From: an uncultured Chloroflexia bacterium
Lineage (GTDB): Bacteria > Chloroflexota > Limnocylindria > Limnocylindrales > CSP1-4
Direction of reading: 5' to 3'
NCBI GenBank assembly: GCA_963744115.1
Contig: CAVUSI010000002.1
Coordinates: forward strand, 473,209 to 537,208
Length of the DNA: 64,000 nucleotides
Shown: positions 34,058-43,126 of the stretch, in pieces
Position numbering within the stretch: the stretch's first letter is position 1
Layout: each line of letters starts with the position of its first letter
Made by a program: the position numbers and the translations under genes
The notes under the pieces: model-generated
The model's input: the letters and a program-made list of their open reading frames with translations, nothing else
Database searches by the model: none
Told to the model about the DNA's origin: nothing

Positions 34058-34891
34058 GTGGCCGAAGGTACCGTCATCGTCATCGGCGGCGCGGAGGACA
34101 AGGTCCGGGACCGCGTCATCCTCAGTCGGTTCATCGCGCTTGCGGGCGGCGAGGACGCAACGATCGCCGTCATCAGCACCGCCTCGTCGCTCGGCCTGGA
34201 GGCGGGACAGCGCTATCGGCAGGTGTTCACGGAGCTCGGAGCGCGCGAGGTCCACACACTCCACGCCGTGACCCGACCCCAGGCCAATGATGAGGCCGCG
34301 GTCCGTACCGTCCAGGACGCGACGGGGATCTTCATGACCGGCGGGAACCAGCTCCGGCTCGCCTCGACGCTGGGCGGGACCCGACTGGCCGACTCGATCC
34401 TCGACCGGTTCCGCCTCGGGGCGGTCGTCGCCGGGACGAGCGCCGGTGCGTCGGCCATGAGCAGCCACATGATCGCCTTCGGGGCGTCGGGCGCGACGCC
34501 GAAGCAACGGATGGCCCAGATCGCGGCCGGCCTCGGCGTGCTCCCCGGCGTCATCATCGATCAGCACTTCCAGCAGCGGAACCGACTCGGTCGGTTGCTC
34601 AGCCTGATCGCCCAGAACCCGAGCCTCCTCGGCCTCGGCGTCGATGAGGACACGGCCGGCGTGGTCGGTCCTGACCACGTGATGGAGGTCATCGGTCGGG
34701 GCAGCGTGACGATCATCGACGGAGCCGCCTCGGAGACGGATGCCTGGGAAGTGGGCGGCCACCGGCCCCTGATGATCAGCAACGTCGTCCTCCACTCGCT
34801 TCCTGGCGGCTACCGGTTCGACCTGCGCCGCCGCCATCGGGTCGCGACCCCGGTCCTTCGCGCGGTGAGCGGCGGCGAGGCCGCCACATGA
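34058..34891 (+). CDS. cphB: Cyanophycinase
   Basis: IIGGAEDK, MTGGNQLRL, AGTSAGA (Ser nucleophile), DQHFQQRNRLGRL, GVDEDT. Confidence 0.96.
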   Translation: MAEGTVIVIGGAEDKVRDRVILSRFIALAGGEDATIAVISTASSLGLEAGQRYRQVFTELGAREVHTLHAVTRPQANDEAAVRTVQDATGIFMTGGNQLRLASTLGGTRLADSILDRFRLGAVVAGTSAGASAMSSHMIAFGASGATPKQRMAQIAAGLGVLPGVIIDQHFQQRNRLGRLLSLIAQNPSLLGLGVDEDTAGVVGPDHVMEVIGRGSVTIIDGAASETDAWEVGGHRPLMISNVVLHSLPGGYRFDLRRRHRVATPVLRAVSGGEAAT

Positions 34892-37800
34892 CGCCCTCCG
34901 AGCGCAAGCCGAGCTCGAAGCCGAAGCCGAAGACCGTCACCAAGTCCGGCGCGAAGCCGAAGACCGTCGCCAAGTCCGGCGCGAAGCCGACCGCGAAGTC
35001 CGGCGCGAAGCCCGTCTCCAGGTCCGGCGCCGCGCAGGCTGGGAAGTCGGCCAAGCCGGTCGCGAAGGCGGCCGCGGTCGACGCTCCGCCGGCGACCTCG
35101 ACCCGAGCCGCGAAGCCACGATCGGTCGCCCTCGAACCCAGCCTCCGGATCGTCGAGTCGCGGATCCTGCGCGGACCGAACTACTGGGCGCGCGAGCCGG
35201 TGATCCGTCTCCTGGTCGATCTCGGCAGCCTCGAGGAGTACCCGTCCAACAAGATCCCGGGCTTCGTCGACGGCCTGGTCGGGATGCTCCCGTCGCTCGA
35301 GGACCACGCCTGCTCGCTCGGTCGCCGGGGCGGCTTCGTCAGCCGGCTCCGCGACGGAACGTGGGCCGGCCACGTCGCCGAGCACATCGCGCTCGAGCTG
35401 CAGAACCTCGCCGGCACCGACGTCCGCCACGGGAAGACCCGGTCGGCCGGGCCGTACGGCCAGTACAACGTCATCTACGAGTTCCGCGAGGAGACCGTCG
35501 GCGTCGAAGCGGGCCGGATGGCCGTGGCGCTCGTCAACCACCTGGTCGACCCGGTCGCCGCGCCGTTCGACCTCGTCGACGAGCTCGAGCGGCTCATCCT
35601 CCTGGCCGAGCGGTCCGCCTTCGGGCCGTCGACCCAGGCGCTCATCGACGAGGCCGTCAGCCGAGATATCCCGTTCATCCGGCTTGATCGGTTCTCGCTC
35701 GTTCAGCTCGGCCAGGGCGTCCACCAGCAGCGGATCCGGGCCACGATGACCAGCCGGACGAGCGCGATCGGGGTCGACGTCGCGAGCGACAAGAGCCTGA
35801 CCAACCGCCTGCTCGACTCGGCCGGCCTGCCCGTCCCGCGGGCCGACGTGGTCGATCGCGAGGAGGATGCGGTCGCGGCCGCGCGCCGGCTCGGCTTCCC
35901 GTGCGTGGTCAAGCCGCTCGACGGGAACCATGGGCGCGGCGTCCACCTCGACCTGCGCTCGGACGACGCCGTCCGGGCGGCGTTCCACGGCGCGCTCGCC
36001 CAGAGCCGCGGCGGCGATGTCGTCGTCGAGACGTACGTCGCCGGCAAGGACTACCGCTGCCTGGTCATCGGCGGGAAGGTCGCCGCGATCGCCGAGCGGG
36101 TCCCGGCCTCGGTCCACGGCGACGGCAGCCTGTCGGTCCGCCAGCTCGTCGACCAGGCGAACCAGGATCCGCGCCGCGGGATCGGCCACGAGAAGGTCCT
36201 CACCCGGATCAAGCTCGACGGCGCCGCCGAGGAGCTCGTCCGGGTCCAGGGCTGGGAGCTCGACGACGTCCCGCCGAAGGGGGCGTGGATCAAGCTGGCC
36301 CTGACCGGCAACATGTCGACCGGCGGGACGTCCATCGACCGGACCATCGAGGCGCATCCGGACAACGTCGAGATCGCCGAGACGGCGGCGCTCATCGTCG
36401 GGCTCGATGTCGCCGGGATCGACTTCATCTGTCCGGACATCGCGACCCCCGTCCGCGAGACCGGTGGCGCGATCGTCGAGGTCAATGCCGCGCCGGGCTT
36501 CCGGATGCACACCCACCCGACCGAAGGCGAGCCGCAGTACGTGGCCAAGCCGGTCATCGACAACCTCTTCCCGCCCGGCTCGGGGTCGCGCATCCCGATC
36601 GTGGCCGTGACCGGCACGAACGGGAAGACGACGACCGTCCGGATGATCGCCCACATCCTCAAGCTGATGGGCCGGCGGGTCGGGATGACCTCGACCGACG
36701 GCATCGTCATCGACGGCCGCCTGATCAAGAAGGGTGACATGTCGGGGCCCAAGTCGGCCCAGATGGTCCTCCAGAACCCGACCGTCGACACCGCGGTCTT
36801 CGAGGTCGCGCGTGGTGGCATCCTGCGCGAGGGCCTGGGCTACGACCGGAACGACGTCGCCGTCGTGACCAACGTCACCGGCGACCACCTCGGCCTCGGC
36901 GGGATCGACTCGATCGGCCAGCTCGCCAACGTCAAGGGGGTCGTCGTCGAGGCCGTTCCGCGGTCCGGCACCGCGGTGCTCAACGCGGACGATCCGCACG
37001 TCGCCCGGATGGGCCGGCACTGCGCCGGCCGGGTCGTCTACTTCAGCATGGCCACGGAGAAGGGCAAGGACGGGTTCGATCGGATCGACGGCCATCTCGG
37101 GCGTGGCGGTGCGGCGTTCGGGATCGACTCGACGGCCGAGGGCGACCTCATCGTCCTGCGTCTCGGGCAGCGGACGATGCCGGTGCTGTACACGCACCTC
37201 ATCCCGGCCACCTTCGGCGGGCGAGCGAGGATGAACGTCGCCAACGCGCTCGCGGCCGCGGCGGCCGCCTGGGCATCGGGTGCGCACCTGCACGACATCC
37301 GGCAGGGCCTGCGGACGTTCTCGACTTCCTTCTTCCAGGCACCGGGTCGGCTCAACCTGCTCGAGATCGGCGGGATCCGGGTGGTCATCGACTACTGCCA
37401 CAACGTCGACGGGATGCGCCAGCTGGCCGACTTCGTGGAGAACATGGTCACCGAACCGGAGGTCCGAGGGCCGAAGGGCGTCCGGCCGTCGAGGACCAAC
37501 GGCGCCCGCCCGCGGACCGGACGGGCGATCGGGGTGATCGGCATCCCGGGCGACCGGCGCGACGACGATCAGCACGATTACGGCGCGATCGCGGCGACGG
37601 CCTTCGACGAGATCTATGTCCGCGAGGATCGGAACCTGCGCGGCCGTTCGCCGGGCGAGACGGCGACGAACGTCGTCGCCGGCGTCAAGGACGCGCGCGC
37701 CGCGGGCAATGCCAGGACCACCCGCGCCGAGAAGATCCTCGACGAGATGACGGCGGTTCGCGCCGCCCTCCGTCGCGCCGCACCCGGTGACCTCGTCGTG

Positions 37801-37914
37801 ATGTGCGTCGACGATGCCGTCGGCGTCTATCGCGAAGCGATGGCCGCGTCACGGACGCCGGGCGGGCCGACGGCCTTCACCGACCCGGGAGAGCTCGAAG
37901 CGCCCGAGGGCTGA
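34888..37914 (+). CDS. cphA: Cyanophycin synthetase CphA1
   Basis: N domain GPNYW...CSLGRRGGFVSRLRDGTWAGHVAEH; ATP-grasp VVKPLDGNHGRGV, EVNAAPG; Mur domain GTNGKTT, ARGG, PGRLN, DYCHN. Confidence 0.97.
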   Translation: MTPSERKPSSKPKPKTVTKSGAKPKTVAKSGAKPTAKSGAKPVSRSGAAQAGKSAKPVAKAAAVDAPPATSTRAAKPRSVALEPSLRIVESRILRGPNYWAREPVIRLLVDLGSLEEYPSNKIPGFVDGLVGMLPSLEDHACSLGRRGGFVSRLRDGTWAGHVAEHIALELQNLAGTDVRHGKTRSAGPYGQYNVIYEFREETVGVEAGRMAVALVNHLVDPVAAPFDLVDELERLILLAERSAFGPSTQALIDEAVSRDIPFIRLDRFSLVQLGQGVHQQRIRATMTSRTSAIGVDVASDKSLTNRLLDSAGLPVPRADVVDREEDAVAAARRLGFPCVVKPLDGNHGRGVHLDLRSDDAVRAAFHGALAQSRGGDVVVETYVAGKDYRCLVIGGKVAAIAERVPASVHGDGSLSVRQLVDQANQDPRRGIGHEKVLTRIKLDGAAEELVRVQGWELDDVPPKGAWIKLALTGNMSTGGTSIDRTIEAHPDNVEIAETAALIVGLDVAGIDFICPDIATPVRETGGAIVEVNAAPGFRMHTHPTEGEPQYVAKPVIDNLFPPGSGSRIPIVAVTGTNGKTTTVRMIAHILKLMGRRVGMTSTDGIVIDGRLIKKGDMSGPKSAQMVLQNPTVDTAVFEVARGGILREGLGYDRNDVAVVTNVTGDHLGLGGIDSIGQLANVKGVVVEAVPRSGTAVLNADDPHVARMGRHCAGRVVYFSMATEKGKDGFDRIDGHLGRGGAAFGIDSTAEGDLIVLRLGQRTMPVLYTHLIPATFGGRARMNVANALAAAAAAWASGAHLHDIRQGLRTFSTSFFQAPGRLNLLEIGGIRVVIDYCHNVDGMRQLADFVENMVTEPEVRGPKGVRPSRTNGARPRTGRAIGVIGIPGDRRDDDQHDYGAIAATAFDEIYVREDRNLRGRSPGETATNVVAGVKDARAAGNARTTRAEKILDEMTAVRAALRRAAPGDLVVMCVDDAVGVYREAMAASRTPGGPTAFTDPGELEAPEG
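34921..35028 (+). repeat. 30/24-bp coding tandem repeat giving a Lys-rich CphA N-tail
   Basis: (C/G)CGAAGCCGAAGACCGTC(A/G)CCAAGTCCGGC twice, plus two 24-bp variants; encodes KPKTV(T/A)KSGA. Confidence 0.85.
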
Positions 37915-37933
37915 CCCCTGGCGCGGGTATCGA

Positions 37934-38026
37934 CTACCCGACGGTGTTCTTGCCGACGATCCGGATGACCGCGAAGATCTCCACGAGCGAGATCAGGATG
38001 AGCAGCAGGCCGATGGCCGTCTCCAT
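37934..38026 (-). CDS. 30-aa single-TM small protein (not in the ORF track)
   Basis: METAIGLLLILISLVEIFAVIRIVGKNTVG*; GAGGGAG RBS 10 nt upstream; all sense codons end in G/C. Confidence 0.7.
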   Translation of the reverse strand: METAIGLLLILISLVEIFAVIRIVGKNTVG

Positions 38027-38133
38027 GCCGGTAGTGCTCCCTCAGGCTCGGTCGGCGCGGCGCGCCGGGTCGTCCGGATGATGCGCCGCGGAAGCGTCGG
38101 TCCGCAAGGACGAGCGCTCGCTACCATCACCGG

Positions 38134-40026
38134 ATGGATCGAGTGACCTGGCGCGATCGCCTGCGCTATCGCTTCGACGAGTTCATGGGCCGCGGGACGA
38201 TCGCCTTGATCCTCGGCTTGTTCGTCATCTCGTTCCTGCTCATCGTCGGCATCGCCATCGTCGTGTCGCTGGTCGGCGTCGCCCGGGACCAGGACCTCGG
38301 ATTCGCCGACCTCCTCCGCTTCGGGCTCCTTCGGACACTCGACCCGGGCACGATGGGTGGCGACCAGGGCCAGCCCGGGTTCCTGCTGGCGATGTTCGCC
38401 GTCACGCTCGGCGGCATCTTCATCATCAGCACGCTGATCGGCATCCTCAACACGGGCCTCGAGGGCAAGCTGTCCGACCTGCGCAAGGGCCGCTCGCGCG
38501 TCATCGAGGAGGGCCACACCGCGATCCTCGGCTGGTCGCAGCAGATCCACACGGTGGTCACCGAGATCGTCGCCGCCAACGAGAACCAGGGTCGCCGCTC
38601 GATCGTCATCCTCGCCGACCGGGACAAGGTCGAGATGGAGGACGAGCTCCGCGAGAGGGTCGGTCCGACCGGGCGGACCAAGATCGTCTGCCGGTCGGGC
38701 AGCCCGATGGACGTCAACGACCTGGCGATCGCCAGCCTCGCGACGGCTCGCTCGATCGTCATCCTCGCCCCCGAGGGCGACGAGCCGGACGTCGACGTGA
38801 TCAAGTCGATCGTGGCCATCACCAACGACCCGAAGCGTCGGCCCGAGCCGTACCACATCGTCGCCGAGATCCGCGACCGGGCGAACGTCGACGTCGCCCG
38901 GATGGTGGGCGGCGACGAGCTGGAGCTGATCCTGTCCGAGGACGTCATCTCGCGGATCACCGCCCAGACCTGCCGGCAATCCGGGCTGTCGGTCGTCTAC
39001 GCCGAGCTGCTCGACTTCGCCGGCGACGAGATCTACCTGACCGAGCAGCCGAGCCTGGTCGGCCGGGGCTTCGGGGAGACCCTGGCGCTGTTCTCCGACG
39101 CGTCGGTCATCGGCTTGCTGCCCGTCGCCGGGCGCCCACGGCTCAACCCGCCGTCGGACACGGTCCTCGGGGCGGGCGACCGGCTCATCGTGATCGCTGC
39201 CGACGACGATCGGATCCACCTGGTCGGCGGCGAACCGTCGACGCTGGACGAAGCCCTCCTGCGCGAGCCGCGGACCCGAGTCCAGGCGCCGGAGCGGACC
39301 CTGATCCTCGGTTGGAACCGCCGTGCGCCGACGATCATCCGCGAGCTTGACGCCTATGTCGCCGACGGGTCCGAGGTCCTCGTCGTGGCGACCGGGACCG
39401 GGGTCGAGGCCCAGCTCGCCCGACTCGAGGGTCGCCTGACGACCCAGCGCGTGACGTACGACGGGCGGGATCCGAGCATCCGCGCCACGCTCGACGCCCT
39501 CGGCGTGGCCGGCTACGACCACATCATCGTCCTCTGCTCAGACACCCTCGAGCCGAGCCGAGCCGACGCCCGGACGCTGGTCACCCTCCTCCACCTTCGG
39601 GACATCGCCGCCCGGGCGAACCTCGACCTGTCGATCGTCAGCGAGATGCTCGACCTGCGCGATCGGGCGCTGGCAGAGGTCGCCAAGGCCGACGACTTCA
39701 TCGTCAGCGATCGGCTGATCAGCCTGATGATCGCCCAGGTCGCGGAGTCCAAGCATCTCAACGCCGTGTTCGACGATCTGCTCGATCCGGCCGGGTCGGA
39801 GATCTACCTCAAGCCCGCGGGCGACTACGTGGCGCTCGGCGTCGACGTCCCGTTCGCAGCCGTCCTCGAAGCCGCTCGCCGTCGCGGTGAGATCGCCTTC
39901 GGATATCGCATCTTCGCGCGGTCCGAAGACGCCGCCGCGTCGTACGGGGTCAAGGTCAATCCGGCCAAGGCCGAGCTGCTTTCGCTGGCCCCGGCAGACC
40001 GGATCATCGTCCTGGCCGAGGACTGA
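38134..40026 (+). CDS. CASTOR/POLLUX-like RCK-gated cation channel
   Basis: Two TM helices with pore loop TLDPGTMGGD; RCK domain GHTAILGWS; second RCK LILGWN; GSEIYLKPA. Confidence 0.85.
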   Translation: MDRVTWRDRLRYRFDEFMGRGTIALILGLFVISFLLIVGIAIVVSLVGVARDQDLGFADLLRFGLLRTLDPGTMGGDQGQPGFLLAMFAVTLGGIFIISTLIGILNTGLEGKLSDLRKGRSRVIEEGHTAILGWSQQIHTVVTEIVAANENQGRRSIVILADRDKVEMEDELRERVGPTGRTKIVCRSGSPMDVNDLAIASLATARSIVILAPEGDEPDVDVIKSIVAITNDPKRRPEPYHIVAEIRDRANVDVARMVGGDELELILSEDVISRITAQTCRQSGLSVVYAELLDFAGDEIYLTEQPSLVGRGFGETLALFSDASVIGLLPVAGRPRLNPPSDTVLGAGDRLIVIAADDDRIHLVGGEPSTLDEALLREPRTRVQAPERTLILGWNRRAPTIIRELDAYVADGSEVLVVATGTGVEAQLARLEGRLTTQRVTYDGRDPSIRATLDALGVAGYDHIIVLCSDTLEPSRADARTLVTLLHLRDIAARANLDLSIVSEMLDLRDRALAEVAKADDFIVSDRLISLMIAQVAESKHLNAVFDDLLDPAGSEIYLKPAGDYVALGVDVPFAAVLEAARRRGEIAFGYRIFARSEDAAASYGVKVNPAKAELLSLAPADRIIVLAED

Positions 40027-40044
40027 CGGCCGCCGCCCTCGTCC

Positions 40045-41808
40045 CTATCGCCCGGGGCGCTCCTGGAGCCGGGGCAGGAGCTCGGTCAGCTCGGTCGCGA
40101 CGTCGATCGGGCGGGCACCCACCGACGCCAGGAGGGCGAATACCGCATCGCGCTGTTCGTGGCACATCAGGACGATGACCCGGGCGGCGTCGGGCCTGGC
40201 GCCGCGCCCGTCGGCGTGGGAGCCGGCGCCGTTCAGTTCGGCCCGCAGGGCGATCGTCTCCGACTCGTAGACGGTCACCTCCTCGGGCGATCGGCCGGCC
40301 GCCGCGACACCGGCCAGGAGCTCGCCGACCACGGACTCTCGGGTCCTGCCGCGGAGGTAGTCGAGCGTCTCCTTGATCGCGACCCGCTGGGCACGCTCGC
40401 CGGCGATCCGGCCGATCCCGCGGAGGGTGTCATCCGGGCGGTCGCCGGCCGTGCCGATGATGATCGTGATCGGGGCTGCCCGTCCCGCCGCGCCGGCGGC
40501 GATCCCTTCGGCCACGTCCAGGACCGCCGCGATCCCCGCTTCGTTGTGAGCGAAGTCGACGATCACGATCCGCTGGCCCAGCCGGAACAGGTTGAGCCGC
40601 CCCGGCGAGCGGTCGGACGTGGGCCGGAAGTCGCGCAGGCCCGCGGCGACCTCGTCGACCGTGGCGCCGAGCGCCCGTGCCCCGCCGGCAGCCGCGAGGG
40701 CGTTGGCGACGTTGTGGCGGGCGATCCCGCCGATCGTGATCGGGACCTCGGCCGTGGCGACGATCGGGGTCGCGACGCCGTCCTCCACCTCGACCAGCGT
40801 CCCGTGGCGGAGGACATACGCACGTCCGCCCCGCGCGACGTGCCGGCGGAGCTTGGACGACGAGGCCTCGTCGATCGAGAACAGGGCGACCTGCGCGTGG
40901 GTCCGGCGAGCGACCTCGACCACCAGGGGATCGTCGGCATTGAGGATCGCCCAACCCTCGGGTCGCGTGATCCGACAGATCGTGGACTTGACCTCGGCCA
41001 GCTCGGGCAGCGTGTGGATGCCCTGCAGGTCGAGGTGATCGGAGCTGACGTTGGTGAGGATGCTGGCGTCATTGGATTCGTAGCCCACGCCGCGCAGGAC
41101 GATCCCGCCGCGGGCCGTCTCGAGGACGGCGACCTCGATGTCCGACCGCGCGAGGATCTGCTGCGCGCCGCCCGGTCCGGTCCAGTCGCCCGGGTCGACC
41201 ATCCGCTCGTCGACGAGGACCCCGTCCGAGGTCGTCGTGCCGACGTGGCGCCCGGCCAGGATGAGGATGTGGCTGATCAGCCGGGTGACCGTGCTCTTGC
41301 CGTTCGTGCCGCTGATCGAGACGATCGGGACCCGGCGGTCCGCGTCGCGGATCCACGCCGGCGGCGTGGTGCTGGCTTCGGCGATCCGCGCGGCCCAGCG
41401 CTCGAGCAGGCGGCTCTGCGATCCCGTGAGCCGGGCGGTCCGCGCCGGTGAGACGTTCCGTTCGGTGAGGGCCAGGCCGGCGTCGACGATCGCCCGGGTG
41501 CGCTCCGCTCCGGTCCACGGGAACGTCACGATCCAGTGGCCCGGGTCGGACGACCGATGGACGGCCAGGCCGGCACGCCCCTCGTGGTGCTCGGCGCGCA
41601 GACGGCGGATCCACGTGGTCAGCGCCGCGATCTCGTCCGGCCACTCGCGCGCCGGGACCTGCCGACCGAGGTGGACGAGGGCGTGCCTGCCCGGCGCTCG
41701 CTGGCCGTACCACGTCCGACGCCGGCCGATGGCGAGCTCGACCTTGGCCACCGGCTCGAGCCGGTAGACGGATGGTCCCTCGAGCAGGCGGATCTCGATG
41801 ACGCGCAC
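40045..41808 (-). CDS. CphA paralogue: degenerate N domain plus Mur-ligase domain, no ATP-grasp
   Basis: RVIEIRLLEGPSVYRLEPV aligns with CphA RIVESRILRGPNYWAREPV; GTNGKST, ETARGG, NVSSDHL, LNADDP, PGRLN, DFAHN; only ~160 aa precede the P-loop. Confidence 0.85.
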   Translation of the reverse strand: MRVIEIRLLEGPSVYRLEPVAKVELAIGRRRTWYGQRAPGRHALVHLGRQVPAREWPDEIAALTTWIRRLRAEHHEGRAGLAVHRSSDPGHWIVTFPWTGAERTRAIVDAGLALTERNVSPARTARLTGSQSRLLERWAARIAEASTTPPAWIRDADRRVPIVSISGTNGKSTVTRLISHILILAGRHVGTTTSDGVLVDERMVDPGDWTGPGGAQQILARSDIEVAVLETARGGIVLRGVGYESNDASILTNVSSDHLDLQGIHTLPELAEVKSTICRITRPEGWAILNADDPLVVEVARRTHAQVALFSIDEASSSKLRRHVARGGRAYVLRHGTLVEVEDGVATPIVATAEVPITIGGIARHNVANALAAAGGARALGATVDEVAAGLRDFRPTSDRSPGRLNLFRLGQRIVIVDFAHNEAGIAAVLDVAEGIAAGAAGRAAPITIIIGTAGDRPDDTLRGIGRIAGERAQRVAIKETLDYLRGRTRESVVGELLAGVAAAGRSPEEVTVYESETIALRAELNGAGSHADGRGARPDAARVIVLMCHEQRDAVFALLASVGARPIDVATELTELLPRLQERPGR

Positions 41809-41878
41809 GGTCCGGGCAGGATAGCGCGCCGCCGTGGCGCGGGACCGCTCGACCCGCCGGCCCGGCTACACTCCGGCG

Positions 41879-43126
41879 ATGGAATCCCTCCACGCTCCCG
41901 GCGCCGCGGTGAGCGCCGATGAGCTCGAGGAGCTCGAGGAGATCGTCGAGGAGGAGCTGCCGACGTACCTCGAGGACCTGGCCTCGCTGGTCAACGTCGA
42001 CTGCGGGAGCTACACCAAGGCCGGCGTCGACCAGGTCGGCCAGTGGACGCGGCGGTTCCTCGAGCGGCTCGGGGCCACGGTCGAGGTCCGGCCGGACGAC
42101 ACGCTGGGCGACACCGTGATCGGGACGCTGGCGGGTCGTCGCGGCGGCCCGCGGGTCCTGCTGATCGGTCATCTCGACACCGTCTTCCCGGACGGGACGG
42201 CGCGCGCCCGCCCGTTCCGGATCGACGCCGGTGTCGCTCACGGGCCGGGCGTGACCGACATGAAGTCCGGGCTGCTGACGGGGCTCTACGCCTTGCTCGC
42301 GCTGCGAGCGCTGGGGACCGACGAGGACGAGATCGCCGAGCTGCCCTTCGAGCGCCTGGTGTTCGTCGCGAACCCCGACGAGGAGATCGGCTCGCCGACC
42401 TCGAGCCCCCACATCCGCGAGCTGGCGCTCGAGACCGATGCCTGCTTCGTCCTCGAGTGCGCCCGCGCGAACGGCGACATCGTGTCCGCCCGGAAGGGGA
42501 CCGTCGACTTCCGGCTGACGACCCGGGGGCGGGCCGCGCATGCGGGCGTCGAGCCCGAGAAGGGCCGCAACGCGATCCTCGAGGCGGCCCACCAGACGAT
42601 CGCCCTGCAGGCGCTCAACGGGCGCTGGCCCGGGGTGACGGTCAACGTCGGGGTCGTCCACGGCGGGATCCGGCCGAACGTCGTGGCCGAGGAGGCGATC
42701 CTCGAGGTGGACCTCCGGGCCACGGCACGCGCGGACCTCGAGGCCGCCGAGGCGGCGGTCCGGTCGATCGCGGCCACGTCGACCGTGCCCGACACGACGG
42801 TCGCGGTCGAGGAGACGGGCCGGCACTGGCCGATGGAGAAGCTCGAGCGGTCGGGTCGGTTGGTGGACCATGCGGTCGCGATCGCCGACCGGCTCGGTTT
42901 CCCCCTGGTCGACTGCGCGACCGGCGGGGCGTCCGACGCGAACACGACCTCGGGGCTGGGCGTGCCGACCCTCGACGGGCTGGGCCCGATCGGCGGCAAC
43001 GACCATTCCCCGGCCGAGTACCTGGAGGTGGATTCGATCGTGCCGCGAACGACGTTGCTCGCGGCGCTCCTGCTGGCGGTCGCCCGGGACCCGCTCATCG
43101 CCTCGTGGCGGCCCCACCGGGCATGA
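41879..43126 (+). CDS. M20 metallopeptidase (carboxypeptidase G2-like)
   Basis: GHLDTVF, GVTDMKSG, DEEIG, AHAG, GGASDAN, DHSPAE; TACACT 6 nt upstream. Confidence 0.92.
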   Translation: MESLHAPGAAVSADELEELEEIVEEELPTYLEDLASLVNVDCGSYTKAGVDQVGQWTRRFLERLGATVEVRPDDTLGDTVIGTLAGRRGGPRVLLIGHLDTVFPDGTARARPFRIDAGVAHGPGVTDMKSGLLTGLYALLALRALGTDEDEIAELPFERLVFVANPDEEIGSPTSSPHIRELALETDACFVLECARANGDIVSARKGTVDFRLTTRGRAAHAGVEPEKGRNAILEAAHQTIALQALNGRWPGVTVNVGVVHGGIRPNVVAEEAILEVDLRATARADLEAAEAAVRSIAATSTVPDTTVAVEETGRHWPMEKLERSGRLVDHAVAIADRLGFPLVDCATGGASDANTTSGLGVPTLDGLGPIGGNDHSPAEYLEVDSIVPRTTLLAALLLAVARDPLIASWRPHRA

